Below the pieces are notes generated by a model. It was not told the origin of the DNA, ran no database searches, and saw only the letters and a list, made by a program, of their open reading frames with translations. A program made the translations under genes and the position numbers. From the NCBI GenBank assembly GCA_951406725.2, contig OX597820.1:126170001-126234000 (forward strand): DNA of 64,000 nucleotides, written 5' to 3'. Origin of the DNA: Octopus vulgaris. Taxonomy: Eukaryota. Positions 43,477-57,404 of the stretch are shown here, piece by piece (the first letter of the stretch is position 1; the number at the start of each line of letters is the position of its first letter).

Positions 43477-46400
43477 CTGTGTGTCTGTGTGTCTGTGTGT
43501 ACAAGTAGCTCAGTAGTTTAAAATATAATTACAATCACGAAGCATAAGATTTGCTTCAGTAAAGCAAAAAATGAAAAAAAAGTACACCCAATTAACTAGT
43601 TTTGTTTTACGTTTCTTTTTTCTTGTATTTTTTATGCAATTGTCATCTTCCTCAACTCCAAAAATTGGAATTTCTGACAATTCACAGACATCCCTGGAGG
43701 GCTGTGATTCTGATCAGTTAATGGACACCAGAAATATACCGATTAAAAAACATTACAAAAGAAAGCCATGCGGTATTGTCTTATACGTTAGACGATAGGG
43801 CGAGAGGGAAGCAAAAGAGAGATTAGGAACAATCGAGAAGAAGATGAAGCGGGGACCACTAACTATGATCTACGATTGTTGTTTAGTTTGTAATAATAGA
43901 AGTTAAAATTGAAATTTGTATGCTGTCTGCTATAGTAATTGCCAGAAGACAGAAAGCCTTCAAGTTGGCTGTGGAGGCAGCGGGAGCTGGCTCAAGTTGA
44001 CTGTGCATCAGAAATTATGAGCCTTGGAAAAGGCAATGCTACAAGGGTTAGTGCTAATAGGACACAAGCTGGGGCTTCATGAACCCTGATTATTTTGCCT
44101 TAGCGAGGGGATAGCTGAATGTTGAAATATCCGAAATACCTATCGATCCTAGAAAACATCATTGATGATGTACCCTAGTGCATCACAAGATAATGTATAG
44201 AAAACCGCAATCAGCAATTCTCAACTGAGAATACCTTATCGTTTTATTGTAGTGAGGATATCACAATAACAAATTGTGCTTTTATTAACAGTCATATTAA
44301 TTCAAATGTCCACTAAATAAAACCTGGTTTCAGAAATGTTTCTAGTTTTAAACAGCTAATCTTGAAACACAGTGCAGGAAGGTTACAAGATAGTATTTCA
44401 TCGATACCTGCAAGGGTGTTTGTTACGCAGTTTTGGTGCTGGATCAATACCCAGTCCTTCACCTTCCTAACAATCAAACGCATTACCGCAAGTAAATGAG
44501 GTAACTGCAAAATTTATGCTTTACGTCTGCTTAAATCAATAAACTGATGTTTCTATAGTATCTAGGCTAGTCATTTAAATTTAGTAAATTAGTCAAGTGT
44601 CTTAGCTGGGGAAAGTAATTTGTTAGACTCTTCAAGAAAAGAAAGTGAGTGGAAGCACCAGTAGAACAATGAAACTAAATTTCTTACCGATAATCAATCA
44701 CGTGTCTGTTTATTTCTTTGCATTCTGAGGTCAACTCAGCTGGAGTTGAGTTTACCCATTATCTAACTGAGAAACGATAAATATATTGCTGAACTATCAA
44801 CTCTTCTCTGCAAAATCTTGCGCTGTATCTGGTTATATGAGATTAATATAACGTTTCGGCTATTCTCTGTGTCTGTTAGTACAGTGTCATTAAACTATTC
44901 TAATTATAAATAATCAGAGAGACAAATATAATTTGGCAAACTCAAATTTATAAAACTATATATGCAGGGTCTAGCAAAATATCTCCCAGATTCACCATTC
45001 TAAGTAAAGCTTTCAACAGCAAATATGTGATATGCATCAATCCAACCATGATTTAATTGGGATAAAATCATTAGTTACTTGAAGTCAGTGTTACACATGC
45101 CCTTTTTTACTCACACCATACTATTGGTCAAATAAAATACGGGAGATTTTCTTTCAATTACACCCTGTATAACCATTAAACAAGCTTTCAAAAGCATTCG
45201 TGAAATTGAAATGAAAATATATAACAAAAGTAGAAATGTTGATGGTAAGCTTAAGATTTGTTTACATTAGTAAAAGAAATGTCCTCATGCAGTGCTTTAT
45301 CACACTGATTCAGGGTAAAGCCGATACATGTAGCGTATATATAGAGCATATTTTTATATCATTCTTTTAGAACTTATTGGTACGAAAAATTTGAGCTTAT
45401 ACACTAATGAATCATTCGCCAGTAATTCAATGTTCTTGATGCTTATAGTAGCAGGATGTACAGCATATTAATAATCATCTTGGCGACCGACATGGAGCAG
45501 AGTAGTTTGTTGTACTTCCGAATCGGTTAGCCCAACTTTTAAAAAAAAAGAACAAAAAAAAAGGAAATCTTTTCAACAAATACACAGGAATTAATTGCAT
45601 AAAAATTAGAAATGAAAATACAAATATTTTTGAAAAATATTTTTAAAAGAAAGTAGTCAAGCCTCTCAGATTACAAATAATGTTATATTGAATATTGAAT
45701 AATTTAACTTAGAATTATTAAATAGATTTTAATTAGTCAGTAAATTCTTATTACACTTTTTTTATCAAATGCGTGTTGAATAATGTTCTTTTAATATTCT
45801 TTTTTATTTGTTTCTCTTTATTCATATTAAAATCTAACACACTCTAACAGCCGAACCTGCAGCACCGCCTAAAACAGTTTTGAGATTTCAAATATGGCGA
45901 TCATAAACTTAGTGATTGCTTCTGAAGTTCAATGGCCCGTAAATAAGTAAACAGCAACAAATTTATTAAATATTTGGTGAAGTGTCTCTCTTTCTCTCTA
46001 TGGCTGTTAATATTTGCCGGGAAATTGAATTAGAAATAATTTCATATAAATTTTAGATGATTTTAAGTAAAAAAAACTATTTGCTAAAAATATAACGAAA
46101 GATATATTGGATAATGTAGCTCTAGATACCGCATTTTAAAACAAGAAAAATAGATGATGTGGCCACGAATGGAATGCTATTCAAATGTCAATAAGTCAAT
46201 ACATAATCTGTAGCCTCCGAGTTGCACCGATTCATTCGACCGAAAACCACATGCAAAAGTTAAGTTTCTACTTCATTAACAAGTAATAATCAACGTAATA
46301 AATTTAATTAGACTATGATTTTTTTTTTTTGCAGATTTAAGCAGAAAGAAACTTTCAATTTAATCAAATCAGAAGTTGATTGGTACTTAGTTTATCGAAG

Positions 46401-47881
46401 AGGAACGAATGAAAATAATGAGGCGAACTTGACCTCCGAAGGATTTGATCCCAGAATGTAAAGAGCGTATCTAAATGTAAGGAGCGTATCTGGCGTTCTA
46501 ATAGTTCTGCCAGTCTCAAAGAGGCTGCCGTCAGCGACGAACGAGCACGGTTTGATAACATGTACCATGGTTTTCCTAATTGTTGTAGGTGCTTCTGTAA
46601 TCGTGAGTTGATATAGATAGCATATAACAGCTGGATAGTGAGAGAGAGGGAGAGAGAGTGAGGGAGAGAGAGTGAGAGAGTGAGAGAGAGAGAGTGAGAG
46701 AGAGAGAGAGAGTGAGAGAGAGCAGCTGCACCAGCACTCAGCCGGTTCATATTTTCAATTAAGTAAACTGATGCAGCGGGAAATGATGTATCTTGCTTAA
46801 GGACTCAAAGCACCGCTCTGCGCAAGTATTGAACCTACGATATTACTATTGTGAAGCAAACGCCTTAACCACCCTCAGATGTTTTCCAGTTTACTGTCCT
46901 AAAAATACAGGTTAATCTTTTCCAGCATTTCGAGGCTGGGTGTAACGGAATAAATCTATTTCCGAGACTTGAGTAGATTGCTCAGCTTTTTCTAAAGAGT
47001 GCTATAGTAGAAGGCACTTGGTAACGATACCCTCTATTGAGATTGATCCTAGAACCGCTATTCTTGAGTTTATGTATCGTTACCTACCGACGTACAAACA
47101 AGCATCTTTTTATATATCTGTATTTGTATATATCTGTAAGTGTGTGTGTGTGAGAGAGAGAGAGAGGCATATACCTGTACACATTAGCTGATTTCTCAGG
47201 CGGGAGTAACTAACATAAACGAACTTGTATTGCTGTTAGTCTTCAGCTAGTAGATTATCTTTATTACTGTTTGAGCGACTTTTCATTCTCTCTTTCTCTT
47301 CCCTATCTATCTCTCTGTCTATTTTTTCTCCCTCTTTCTCCTTCCCTACCAGATATCGTTCACCATTTACACACAGACTGTTGAATCAGTAGTCTAAAAG
47401 TGGTGAAGTTTAGCGCTTTTTATCTAGTTAACTGTAAATGGTATTTTGGTTTCTTAGAATATATCACATCGCCCGTTACTAAAATTAGACTCTTAAGATA
47501 TACGATCTAGCTAAATATAAAACAACAATAACAAAAGCAAATACAAAAAGAAAAAGTAAGTAAATAGAGAACAGAAGAATGTCTGTTAAGCTGCTAGTTC
47601 TTTGCTTGCTACCGTTCCCACAATGTTATAATCTATTAGCATGTTAGTAAGAACTACTTCGCTAAATTCTCCACTTAATAGAAAGTATTTGTTAGTAGCG
47701 ACGACTGCACTATATTATTATATGGTCCCTGATGACAATAAGAAAGAACAATTACTAGAATCGGTGGAGTACAACGGATAAAATTCCAATATATATATAT
47801 ATATATATACGGGAGTAAACACATAAATGTGAAACAAGGTGGAAAAAAAGAGTACTCAAATATCAGGGGTAGAGTAATATG

Positions 47882-47996
47882 CTTTATTTAAAAGCAGCAG
47901 AAATTCAACAAAACCTGTTACCCAGAGTTTCACGTTCCCTGGAACGTGAAACTCCGAGTAACAGGTTTTGTTGAATTTCTGCTGCTTTTAAATAAA

Positions 47997-47997
<1 letters not shown>
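47882..47997. repeat. 116-bp near-perfect palindrome
   Basis: 57-bp arms, 2 mismatches, 2-nt loop; lies between (TA)n tracts. Confidence 0.92.
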
Positions 47998-48058
<61 letters not shown>

Positions 48059-48184
48059 ATAGAAATGGTAAGACAACAAAAAGAATGAAAGAGACCTCGA
48101 TATTATGCAAATAGAGGAATTTATCTGTAAATGTAATATGTAACAATTAATTAATAATTGATAATTGTCACATATTACATTTAC

Positions 48185-48233
<49 letters not shown>

Positions 48234-48234
48234 T

Positions 48235-48390
48235 CAGACGCCATGATAGATCGTTAGCTACTACACACATTTTTTTCTCTCCTTGTTTCTCTCCTTGTTT
48301 TTTTCCGTGTATCTTTCTGTAGAAGAGCGTAGGCTAGAAACGTAAAAGACTTTTTCTATTCCTGAGCGCTATACTAATATATTTGTTTCT
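48235..48390 (+). mobile_element. Short pLTR-like repeat with hammerhead-like motif
   Basis: Reverse-complement copy at ~60690-60880; contains CTGTAGAAGAGCGTAGGCT(A/C)GAAACGTAAAA; adjacent to (TA)n. Confidence 0.6.
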
Positions 48391-49080
48391 TGTTTCAATC
48401 ATTAGACTGCGACGATGCTAGAGTTCTGTCTTGAAGAATTTAGCCGAACGAACCGTCCCCAGTACATATCTTTTAAGCCGGGTGCTTATTCTATCGGTTC
48501 CTGAGCCCGAACCGCTATGTTACGCAAACGCAGGCACAGCGACACCGGTTTTCAAGTGGTGGCGGGAGTCACAGACACACTAGCGCACACACACATGTAT
48601 GTATGTATGTATGTATGTATGTATGTATGTATGTATGTATGTATGTATGTATGTATGTATGCGTATGCGTGTGTGTATCTATATCTGTATTTATGTATGT
48701 GTATCCATGTCTGTATTTAGGGTTGCATGTCAATTGTGGAACACGACTGCCACTACTACTGTATAAACCTGATGCTTGCATGAAGTATGGGAGTAATAGT
48801 TTTATCACAATAAATATATAATATTTCATTATAATAATATTGTAAAATTGTTAATAATAAAACGTGAAAATCAGAGTAGGGTGAAATTTCATTGATTAAT
48901 ATATTCTTCTATACACAATCATACAAACTCGGATGACTATTAAACAACATGCCAGGAGGACACATACAGCGATTAATAATACAGCCATATCACAGCTTAT
49001 CTTAATACACAATTTACTTGTATACGTTTCTCAACAGTAACAGGTTTATTGATTCTAAGAGACAAAGCAAAAATTCTTAT

Positions 49081-49505
49081 AATAATAATAATGGAATTAT
49101 TGTATACAGTGCTCAGGTGCACCACAACTTGTCAAAAAGTGCGTATAAAATATATGCAGTAATGTACAAATGTCTGGAAAGGGAACAGTGTATGAGTCAG
49201 ATACATGCTTGTGTGTTTATGGAAGGGAGAAAATCAAGTGTTGAGTTGGCGAATCTCAGGAAACATGTAAGTTTTGAAGGATGCAGTGCTCCGACAACTA
49301 ACAACTGATGCCGGCAGTTTGTTTCATACTTCAGCAACTCTTAGCGTGAAAAAATGTTTCCGAAAGTCATGGGAGCAGTGCTGTTTTCTGACTTTGTAAA
49401 CATGTCCACGGGTGTTAGACAGGTGAAGTTTGAAAACGTGCTCAGAGCTATTGTTAGTAAGAGGTGAGTTTGAAAAGGTGCTCAAAGTTATTGTTAGTAA
49501 GACCA
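49081..49505 (-). mobile_element. CR1-clade LINE 3' fragment
   Basis: NTRGHVYKVRKQHCSHDFRKHFFTLRVAEV*NKLP (CR1 C-terminal TRGH...FF.RV..WN.LP motif), short 3' UTR and (ATT)n tail. Confidence 0.82.
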
Positions 49506-50435
49506 ACCAAACTATGCTTAAACTGCAAATATCACATTACCATGTAGGACAGTAACTGAAAAATCTTCGACTGAAAACCTATTCAAGTAGACAAAGCTGG
49601 ATTTAGGAACATCAGCTATCCACTTTGGGGCCTTATAAATCTGCAGAGCTTTCAAAGTAATTAAAAGGCATATGTTTACATTTTTTCTGAGCCCTTTCAG
49701 GATAATTTATCTTTTTTTAACCAGAGCTGCCAAAGCCTTATAATGTTCGGATTTCACCGAGTGGTCAGGGCTCAGACAGAATGCTTCCTGGTAACTATTA
49801 TGACTCTGCGCTCTAAGTTCAAATCCAGCTGAGATCAGTTTTACCTTCCATTCCTTTAGTGATCGGTAAAAATAACGTTGGCCCAGATGCATTGCGGAAG
49901 TTGTTAAGGTTTTTTGCAATCTGAGTTCAAATCCTGCTGCGGGGATATAGTTAAATACTCCCGCTTAGTACCTTGAGTGCCTTTCGTGAGTCCATTCTGT
50001 TGTAAATATTGTGACAGGTTTCCAGTTTGGGGGTAGCTTCCTCCTTCCCGCCAGTCAGTTAGGACCTGTAATTGGTCATAGGTAATGCTTAAATATATAG
50101 AGACGCAGGGCGGATTATTCAAGCTGATCGAAGCGGTGGGAGACTTAGTGGTAGACGAAGAAGGAGATGGTTGTAATATATTCATAGCATCAGTAGATCA
50201 CACTTGGTAATCCAGCCGGAAAGTCTCGTTACAGTTGCTTCGGAGAGGACACTATGAAGGAATTACATGAGGAGTATTTTCCCGACGAGTTGGGTGGAGA
50301 TAATGGACAGATGAATGAAAAATCCATAACCTTTCGTCTCAATAAAAAAACTACTATTGTCCCTGAAAGTTATTTTTTATATTTACTGCGGATTGCTTGA
50401 AAGCTAACTTTCTTCGTGCACCGCTATCCTGGGAT

Positions 50436-50503
<68 letters not shown>

Positions 50504-50510
50504 GTATATA

Positions 50511-50556
<46 letters not shown>

Positions 50557-51148
50557 AATGCAATGAGAGAGAGAGGTTGTTTGCACGATACATAAAAAAT
50601 AACCATGTATATATGTATATACACACATATACACACACATATAAACCCACAAATATACATGCATGCATACATACATACATACATACATACATACATACAT
50701 ACATACATACTTACATACATACATGCATATACCTAAGTGCGTGGTCACGCGTGAAGTGTGTATGTAAATGTAAGTGTGAGTGTGTGTAATGTATACACCA
50801 ATATTAAAATGATTAGCTGACACTTTCAGCTAGGGAGAACTTCAGATATTTTTAATATAAAATATCAAACATAAATGCACTATTATAAAGTCAGTGATTA
50901 TCTTTCGTTTGGAAGACGGCCATACATTTGTATATGTGCAAGGGGTGTAGTCGACGGACTTCATTCACACCATACATAACCCGCCTGTCTGCCACGATGA
51001 TGACGGCGATGATGATGACGATGATGATGATGATGATGAGGATGATGATGATGATGAGGTTGAGGACGAGGAGGAGGAGGATGTGGAGGATCCTGATCAT
51101 GATGACATAAAATAATCACGAAAATAACTATTTTAAACTAATCATTTT

Positions 51149-51222
<74 letters not shown>

Positions 51223-51422
51223 TGTATATATGCATGAATACACACATATACATATGTGTGTGTGTGTGTGTATGTGTGCATGAATGTGTGTACCTATGTA
51301 ATCATATTCTTAGATAATGTCCATTCAGTTGCCAAGGTTTGTAATCACCTTATCTTCGAAATCATCATCATAATGTGTATGCATATGTATATATAAGAAT
51401 GTGCGTGTGTATGTCTCTGTGT

Positions 51423-51496
<74 letters not shown>

Positions 51497-51979
51497 CGTG
51501 TGAGTGTCAGAATGAAATACAAACTCATTCGTACAAAAAAAATCTTTAGAGATATTCTTGTAGAATTGGCCAGGATTTAGCTTTAACTTGTATCTCTACA
51601 CACCTTCAGTTACTCCGAGCGGCTTGGAAAACACCACGATACACATAACTATAGATATATATGACCACACCTACGTATAGATAAGTGTATATCGCAAACA
51701 ACGTGGAGTTGCATGGCTTAGTGGTTAGGATAGTGGGTGTCACGCAAATGATTGTTTCATTAGGGTTTCGATTCCTTAACCGAGCGATCCCTTGTATTCT
51801 TGAGGAAAACATTTCCAGTCCACTCAGTTAACAAAATTGGGAAGTCCTGGAACGGTCTGGCTTCCCAAATTTATGAACTTATAACTCGACAAGGCCCCTC
51901 TTCCTCATGCAAAATACAAGCCCATATGCGAACATGCTTACGTAGATACATATTTATACATTCATATTTTCTTATCTTT

Positions 51980-52370
51980 TTTCTTTTACTTGTTTCAATC
52001 ATTAGACTGTGGCCATACTGGGGCACCACCTTGAAGAATTTTTAGTCTAATGAATCGATCCCAGTACTTCTATTTTTTAAAGTCTTGTACTTATTCTGTC
52101 GGTCTGTCTGGCCAAACCGCTTATTTATGGTGATATAAACACATCAACACCTGTCGTCAAGTGTTGGAGGCGAGATAAACACAGACACAAAGACACACAC
52201 AAACATATATGACAGGCCTGTTTTAGTTTCTGCCAAAGAAATTCACTCTCAAGGTTATGGTTGGCCGAGGCAGTAGTAGAAGACACTTGCTCAAGGTGCT
52301 ACCAAGTGGGTCTTAAACCGGGACCATGTGGTTGGTAAGCAAGCTTCATACCACACAATCACGCCCGCAT
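51980..52370 (-). mobile_element. tRNA-derived SINE
   Basis: Reverse complement of the 4729-5120 family. Confidence 0.75.
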
Positions 52371-52689
52371 CTATAAAAAGAAAAGCCGCAATACCCGGCT
52401 TAGGAGACCGGTACCTTATCCATTGGTCCACCGAATATATATAAATGTAATGTACTTATACATTCATATATTTGAAGGCACTTGACTAAGTGGTTAGCGT
52501 TTGGATCAAGATGGCGGTTTTGATTTTCATTCCCCTCACTTGTAAATGGGTAATTTTGTGACATACTGGTGCCTTGCTCAGGATGAATTTTGGTCTGTTC
52601 TCTTAGCCAGGAGTGTGGCAATATTTGAAAGCTAGAACAACGCTAGAAAAGGCATTGTTACTAGAAGTGCATAACATATTCGATAGTCT

Positions 52690-53710
52690 CACCCAGAAAT
52701 GGGCCGAGAAGAATCTGTCTTTGAATGTTCGGGCGGAGGAGGCGAATGCGTACATCACATTCGCCATATACTACTGCCTGACTGTCGTCCCTTGGCCGCT
52801 TCGTGGCTGAACGGGCTTCTACGTTGGCTCTTCCGCTTCCTGTGGAGGTGACAAATACCGCTTGTCAGACGATCCATTTGTTGTCAGCACCCATTGCGTG
52901 GCTGACGATGCACAGACATGCGCTAAGGCTGCGATACCTTAACGGTGAGCTGGTGTGGTCACCGTTTGTTGAACGCTCTTTTCTGCAGCTCATCTCCTTG
53001 GCAGAGCTACAATCCTGGATCAGGTGTAGACTAAAGCAGGGCGCTTGACACCTAGAGTTTCTCTAAGTGTTCACAGCCCTCGGCCTATCGGGCAATGCGG
53101 TCGGTGGAAGTTCCACCCTGGAGTTCTATAGGGGATTAGTGGAGGACAAGAGCGACGACGTACTCGGGGAGGTCCTGAGCTTCAAGGGCGATCAACTGGC
53201 TGGTCTCTTCCGGAGGACTTTCGAGCCGGGAATTGTGGGTAACTTCCAGAAATCTCTGGTCTGGCAGTGCTACCGGGGGGGGGGGGCATGCTGGTTCGAG
53301 ATAATCTCTACAGGCACGGGAAATGCACGCAGAGCGATGAAACCGTTCTGAATGCCCTCGTACGTGTCCGCGCATTACTGACGTGTGGAGCTTTGTCGAA
53401 TAGTTATTTTTACGTGTAGGACGGATCCGTCCAATGTCCGAGTCTATTGTGAAGATCGCTCTGTCTCCTTCCTTTAGCCGGGAAGGAATGGCACTTTTTC
53501 TCATTCAGGTGGCTATGGCAAAAGAGATTGCATGGTGGACGCGATTGAAAGGGCTGAAAACGGCCTCATTGATTCAGGTTCAACCTGAAAAGGATAGTGA
53601 GGCTGGAGAGAGAGACACTGTCACCCAGTAAGTTCGTTGAAAGATGAATGAATGTAGCAAGAATGGCCCGCGTGTATGGGCCTGCTCTGAGTGTGCGCCT
53701 GTAGACTGGA
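52690..53710 (+). mobile_element. Degenerate Tx1-group ORF2 3' fragment
   Basis: LTQKWAEKNLSLNVRAEEANAYI, MHRHALRLRYL, FYRGLVEDKSDDVLG, NFQKSLVWQCYR and ESIVKIA...AMAKEIAWWTRLKGL in order across frameshifts. Confidence 0.88.
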
Positions 53711-53920
53711 TGGAAGGTAGGAGAGAGGATGCCTTCCTATCAGGTGGTGCTATTAAGTTAGACATGACCTGGACCAATCTTTGGCCGAAACATATCTAAT
53801 TTTTATCTAAGTTTTATACATATACATATATTGTATATATATGTGTGTATATGTACATATATATATCTGTATATATATGTGTGCGTGTAAGTATATATAT
53901 AAGTATGTTTGTATGTATAT

Positions 53921-53977
<57 letters not shown>

Positions 53978-54157
53978 GAGGGCATTATTACACATAAATG
54001 CCTCACACTAAGAGGGACATAAGTCATTTCTACCAAAAATAAATTATTTTCGAATTTTTTCTCTTATGAGGTTTTTCACGCTATCTACCTGATAATTTCT
54101 TGTTAAGATTCCTTATTAAGAAGTTATCCTTAATTGTTAAATATATATATATATATA

Positions 54158-54381
54158 TATACAATAATATGTTACTTTACTCGGTAGTCAAGATAAAACT
54201 CTGAGTTTCAGATGCCGAAGTGGAAATCCACAACACCATCTCTTCGGTTATCTGGCTATTTAACTGATAATCTGGCTATTTAACCAGATAACCGAAGAGA
54301 TGGTGTTGTGGATTTCCACTTTGGCATCTGAAACTCAGAGTTTTATCTTGACTACCGAGTAAAGTAACATCTTATTGTATA
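54158..54381. repeat. ~224-bp inverted repeat containing hammerhead-like motifs
   Basis: ~98-bp arms with few mismatches, 28-nt spacer; follows (TA)n. Confidence 0.9.
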
Positions 54382-54447
54382 GATAAATTTCCTCTATTTA
54401 CATAATATTGAGGTCTCTTTCTTTATTTTGTTATCTTACCGTTTTAT

Positions 54448-54494
<47 letters not shown>

Positions 54495-54857
54495 ATAAAA
54501 ATAGATTGATATAGACATGGAAGGATATATATATATATATATATCCTTCCATGTCTATATCAATCTATTTTTATCAGTGTGTGTGTGTGTGTCTGTGTGT
54601 GTGTGTGTGTGTTTACACACATGTGAGATTATATATTTAGTTTCCTATTCTAAACAGCTATTCGAAATATTTCAAATTTATGCAAAATCGCCTCAAGGTT
54701 TTTCTGTTCCAGTAGGTGATCGTTCTTCAAAAAGCGAAAATGAATACTCCAGCATTACTATAACATTACCAAATATCAATTAACTCATAGGATTCTGAAT
54801 ATTTGCATATTACTTTAGACTAGAAATATTCAACCTACTGTCGCAAAAGCAATTGCT

Positions 54858-54895
54858 GAATAATAATGATGATGATGATAATAATAATAATAATG

Positions 54896-54966
<71 letters not shown>

Positions 54967-55095
54967 CATCAAGATGATGATGATGAGGAGGAGGAGGAGG
55001 AGGGGGTGGAGGAGAAGAAGAAGAAGAAGAAGAAGAAGAAGAAGAAGAAGAAGAAGAAGAATGATAGTAATAATAACAACAACAAAAACAATAAG
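54858..55095. repeat. Compound trinucleotide microsatellite (TAA/GAT/GAG/GAA/CAA)
   Basis: Directly visible. Confidence 0.95.
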
Positions 55096-55109
55096 AAATA
55101 AATTAATAA

Positions 55110-57120
55110 ATAAACAAATAAACAAATAATAAGCATTCGAGGAGAACAGGTTCTTCAAAATAATAGTTCGGCGAGAATAGTTTGTTCAAAAATACCCCGA
55201 AGCAATTCTTCCGAACGTTAGAAGGGGACAATGGGGAAAATGTTACTCCTGATGCAAGTCAAGCCAAGGAGTTCTGGAGCGGATTATGGGGAGACAATGA
55301 GGTGCATAAAAGGGATGCAATGTGGATAGGAACTATCAAGACAGATTTATTCGGAGGAAAGAAACAAAGGAATATTGTCATAAGCACGGGTGATGTGAAA
55401 GAACAAGTGGGTAAAGTGCCTAACTGGAAATCCCCCGGACCAGATGGGATTCGTGGCTTTTGGCTGAAGAGATGCCACACGGTGCATTAAAGACTAGCAG
55501 CCCAATTAAATGAGTGCGTCCAGAAAAGTATAGTCACTGCGTGGATGGTGACTGCGAGGACAACACTTATAACGAAATATAGAAGAAAGGAGAATATTGT
55601 GAGAAACTACAGTCCTATAGAATGCCTAAACATAATCTGGAAAATACTCACTGGAATATGTGCGGCAAAGACAAACACTTTCTTGGCACAGGAAGAAATA
55701 ATACCAAAAGGAACAAAAAGGATGTAGGAAGACTTCTCAGAGTACCGAAGATCACTTGGTCATCGATAAAACAGCTTTGAGGCATTGTAAAAAACATTAT
55801 ACAAACATGTCTATGGCTTGGATTGAGTTTAAGAAGGCATATGATATGATGGCTTCATTCTAGGATCGTTGAATACCTGCAAATTTTGGGGGTTGCTGAC
55901 AAAACATCACAAATTTTCTGATGCATGAAAGAGTGGAAAACCAAATTGTATTCAAGTAATGTAGTCCTTGGAGAAGTTAATATTAAAAGTGGAATCTTCT
56001 CCGTTACTATTTGTAATTGCACTAATACCCATAACAATGACACTTAGGAATGTTAAGATGGGTTACCGATGTGGTAAGAAAGGCCCATCATTGAAGCATC
56101 TTCTGTTTACAGATGACATGAAATTGTTTGAGAAATCTGAAAAACAGTCCAGAGGTGTGGTAGAGACATCGGTATGGAATTTGGGATTACCAAATGCTCA
56201 GTACTTAATATGAAAGGAGGGAAGAAAGCATCCTGCAGAGGATTGAGGTTACTACCAGGAGAGACCATGGGTGAACCAGACGTTAGTGGGTATAGATATT
56301 TAGGGATTTTGGAGCTGGATGACATTCTACAAAGGAAAGTGAAAGTCAAGGTCACTGAGGCGTATCAGAAAGGGTGAAGATGGTGTTGAAATGCAACCTG
56401 AATGCCAAAAATTTGATTACTGCAATATATATCTGGGCAGTTGCGGTGGTCAGATATAGTGCGTCCATCCTCAAATGGTCTAAGGTGGAAATATCAGCAC
56501 TGGATAGAAGGACGAGAAAGTTTATGAAGCTGCATGGGTCACTACACCTTAAAGCATACGTAAAAAGAATGTATACGAAAAGAAACAATGGTGGCAGAGG
56601 ACTAATTAGTATAGACCATTGTATAAGGGGTGAAAGGAGAACGCTCACCGAGTATTTGATAAATAGTGATGAAGAAATGATGGGCAAGGAAGAGTATAAC
56701 CAAAGAGCTGAGAGCAGAAAAGAACACCTTGGAATGAGAATGCATGGACAGTTTGAAAGGAATACACCGGACGTTCAGGATAATAAAGCATCGTGGGTAT
56801 GGCTTGCGTGAGATGATTTGAAGTGTACTACCGAAAGCCTGATCATTGCTGCACAAGACCAGGCTCTCGCTACTAGTTCAGTGAAGTATAACATCTATAA
56901 AACTTCTGACATCCAGAAATACAGACTCTATGGTAAGAGTGTGGAGAATGTGACCTACTTGGTAAGTGGATGTGAGAGCCTTGCACAAAAAGAATACACG
57001 CGCCGCCACGTTAAAGTATGTGTGTATATTCGTTGGCGCTTATGCCGTAAATACCAATATGAAGTAACAGAGAATTGGTGTGAGCATGTACCAAGTAAAG
57101 TTATGCAAGAAGATGGAAAG
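55110..57120 (+). mobile_element. Degenerate R4/Dong LINE (RT through zinc-knuckle region)
   Basis: NWKSPGPDGIRGFWLK, NYSPIECLNIIWKILTG, HLLFTDDMKLF, MEFGITKC, YRYLGILE, GGRGL, TESLIIAAQDQAL, LVSGCESLAQKEYTRRH; many stops and frameshifts. Confidence 0.9.
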
Positions 57121-57404
57121 GATGAAAGTCAAAGTCGACAATCTTCAAGGTGGTGTCCCAGCATGGCCACACTCTGAAAACCGAAACAAGTAAAGAATGG
57201 ACGATAATATATTTCCCATCTATAACACCATAAATTCTTTTATGTAAGTAGAGGTTAAGTGTATCTTTTGACATCGTTGCGCACTTTTTCTTTCCTTATT
57301 GAGAAATGAAACCGGGACCCCTGAAGGGAGGGATTAATCGATATTATTGACCACTATTCCTGACTTATTACTGTGTTTTATCGAATCCGAAAGGATGAAA
57401 ATAG

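Noticed and set aside
43650-44700. GC-richer block, possibly a LINE endonuclease remnant (CGIVLYVR)
   Set aside because: Could not recover further ordered motifs.
49960-50340. Possible ancient Tx1 RT remnant (NIFIASV)
   Set aside because: Single short motif, too weak to annotate.
53775-53812. GAAACATATCT after the old Tx1 fragment resembling the family B 3' end
   Set aside because: Only 11 nt, with no hairpin or AATAAA; could be chance.
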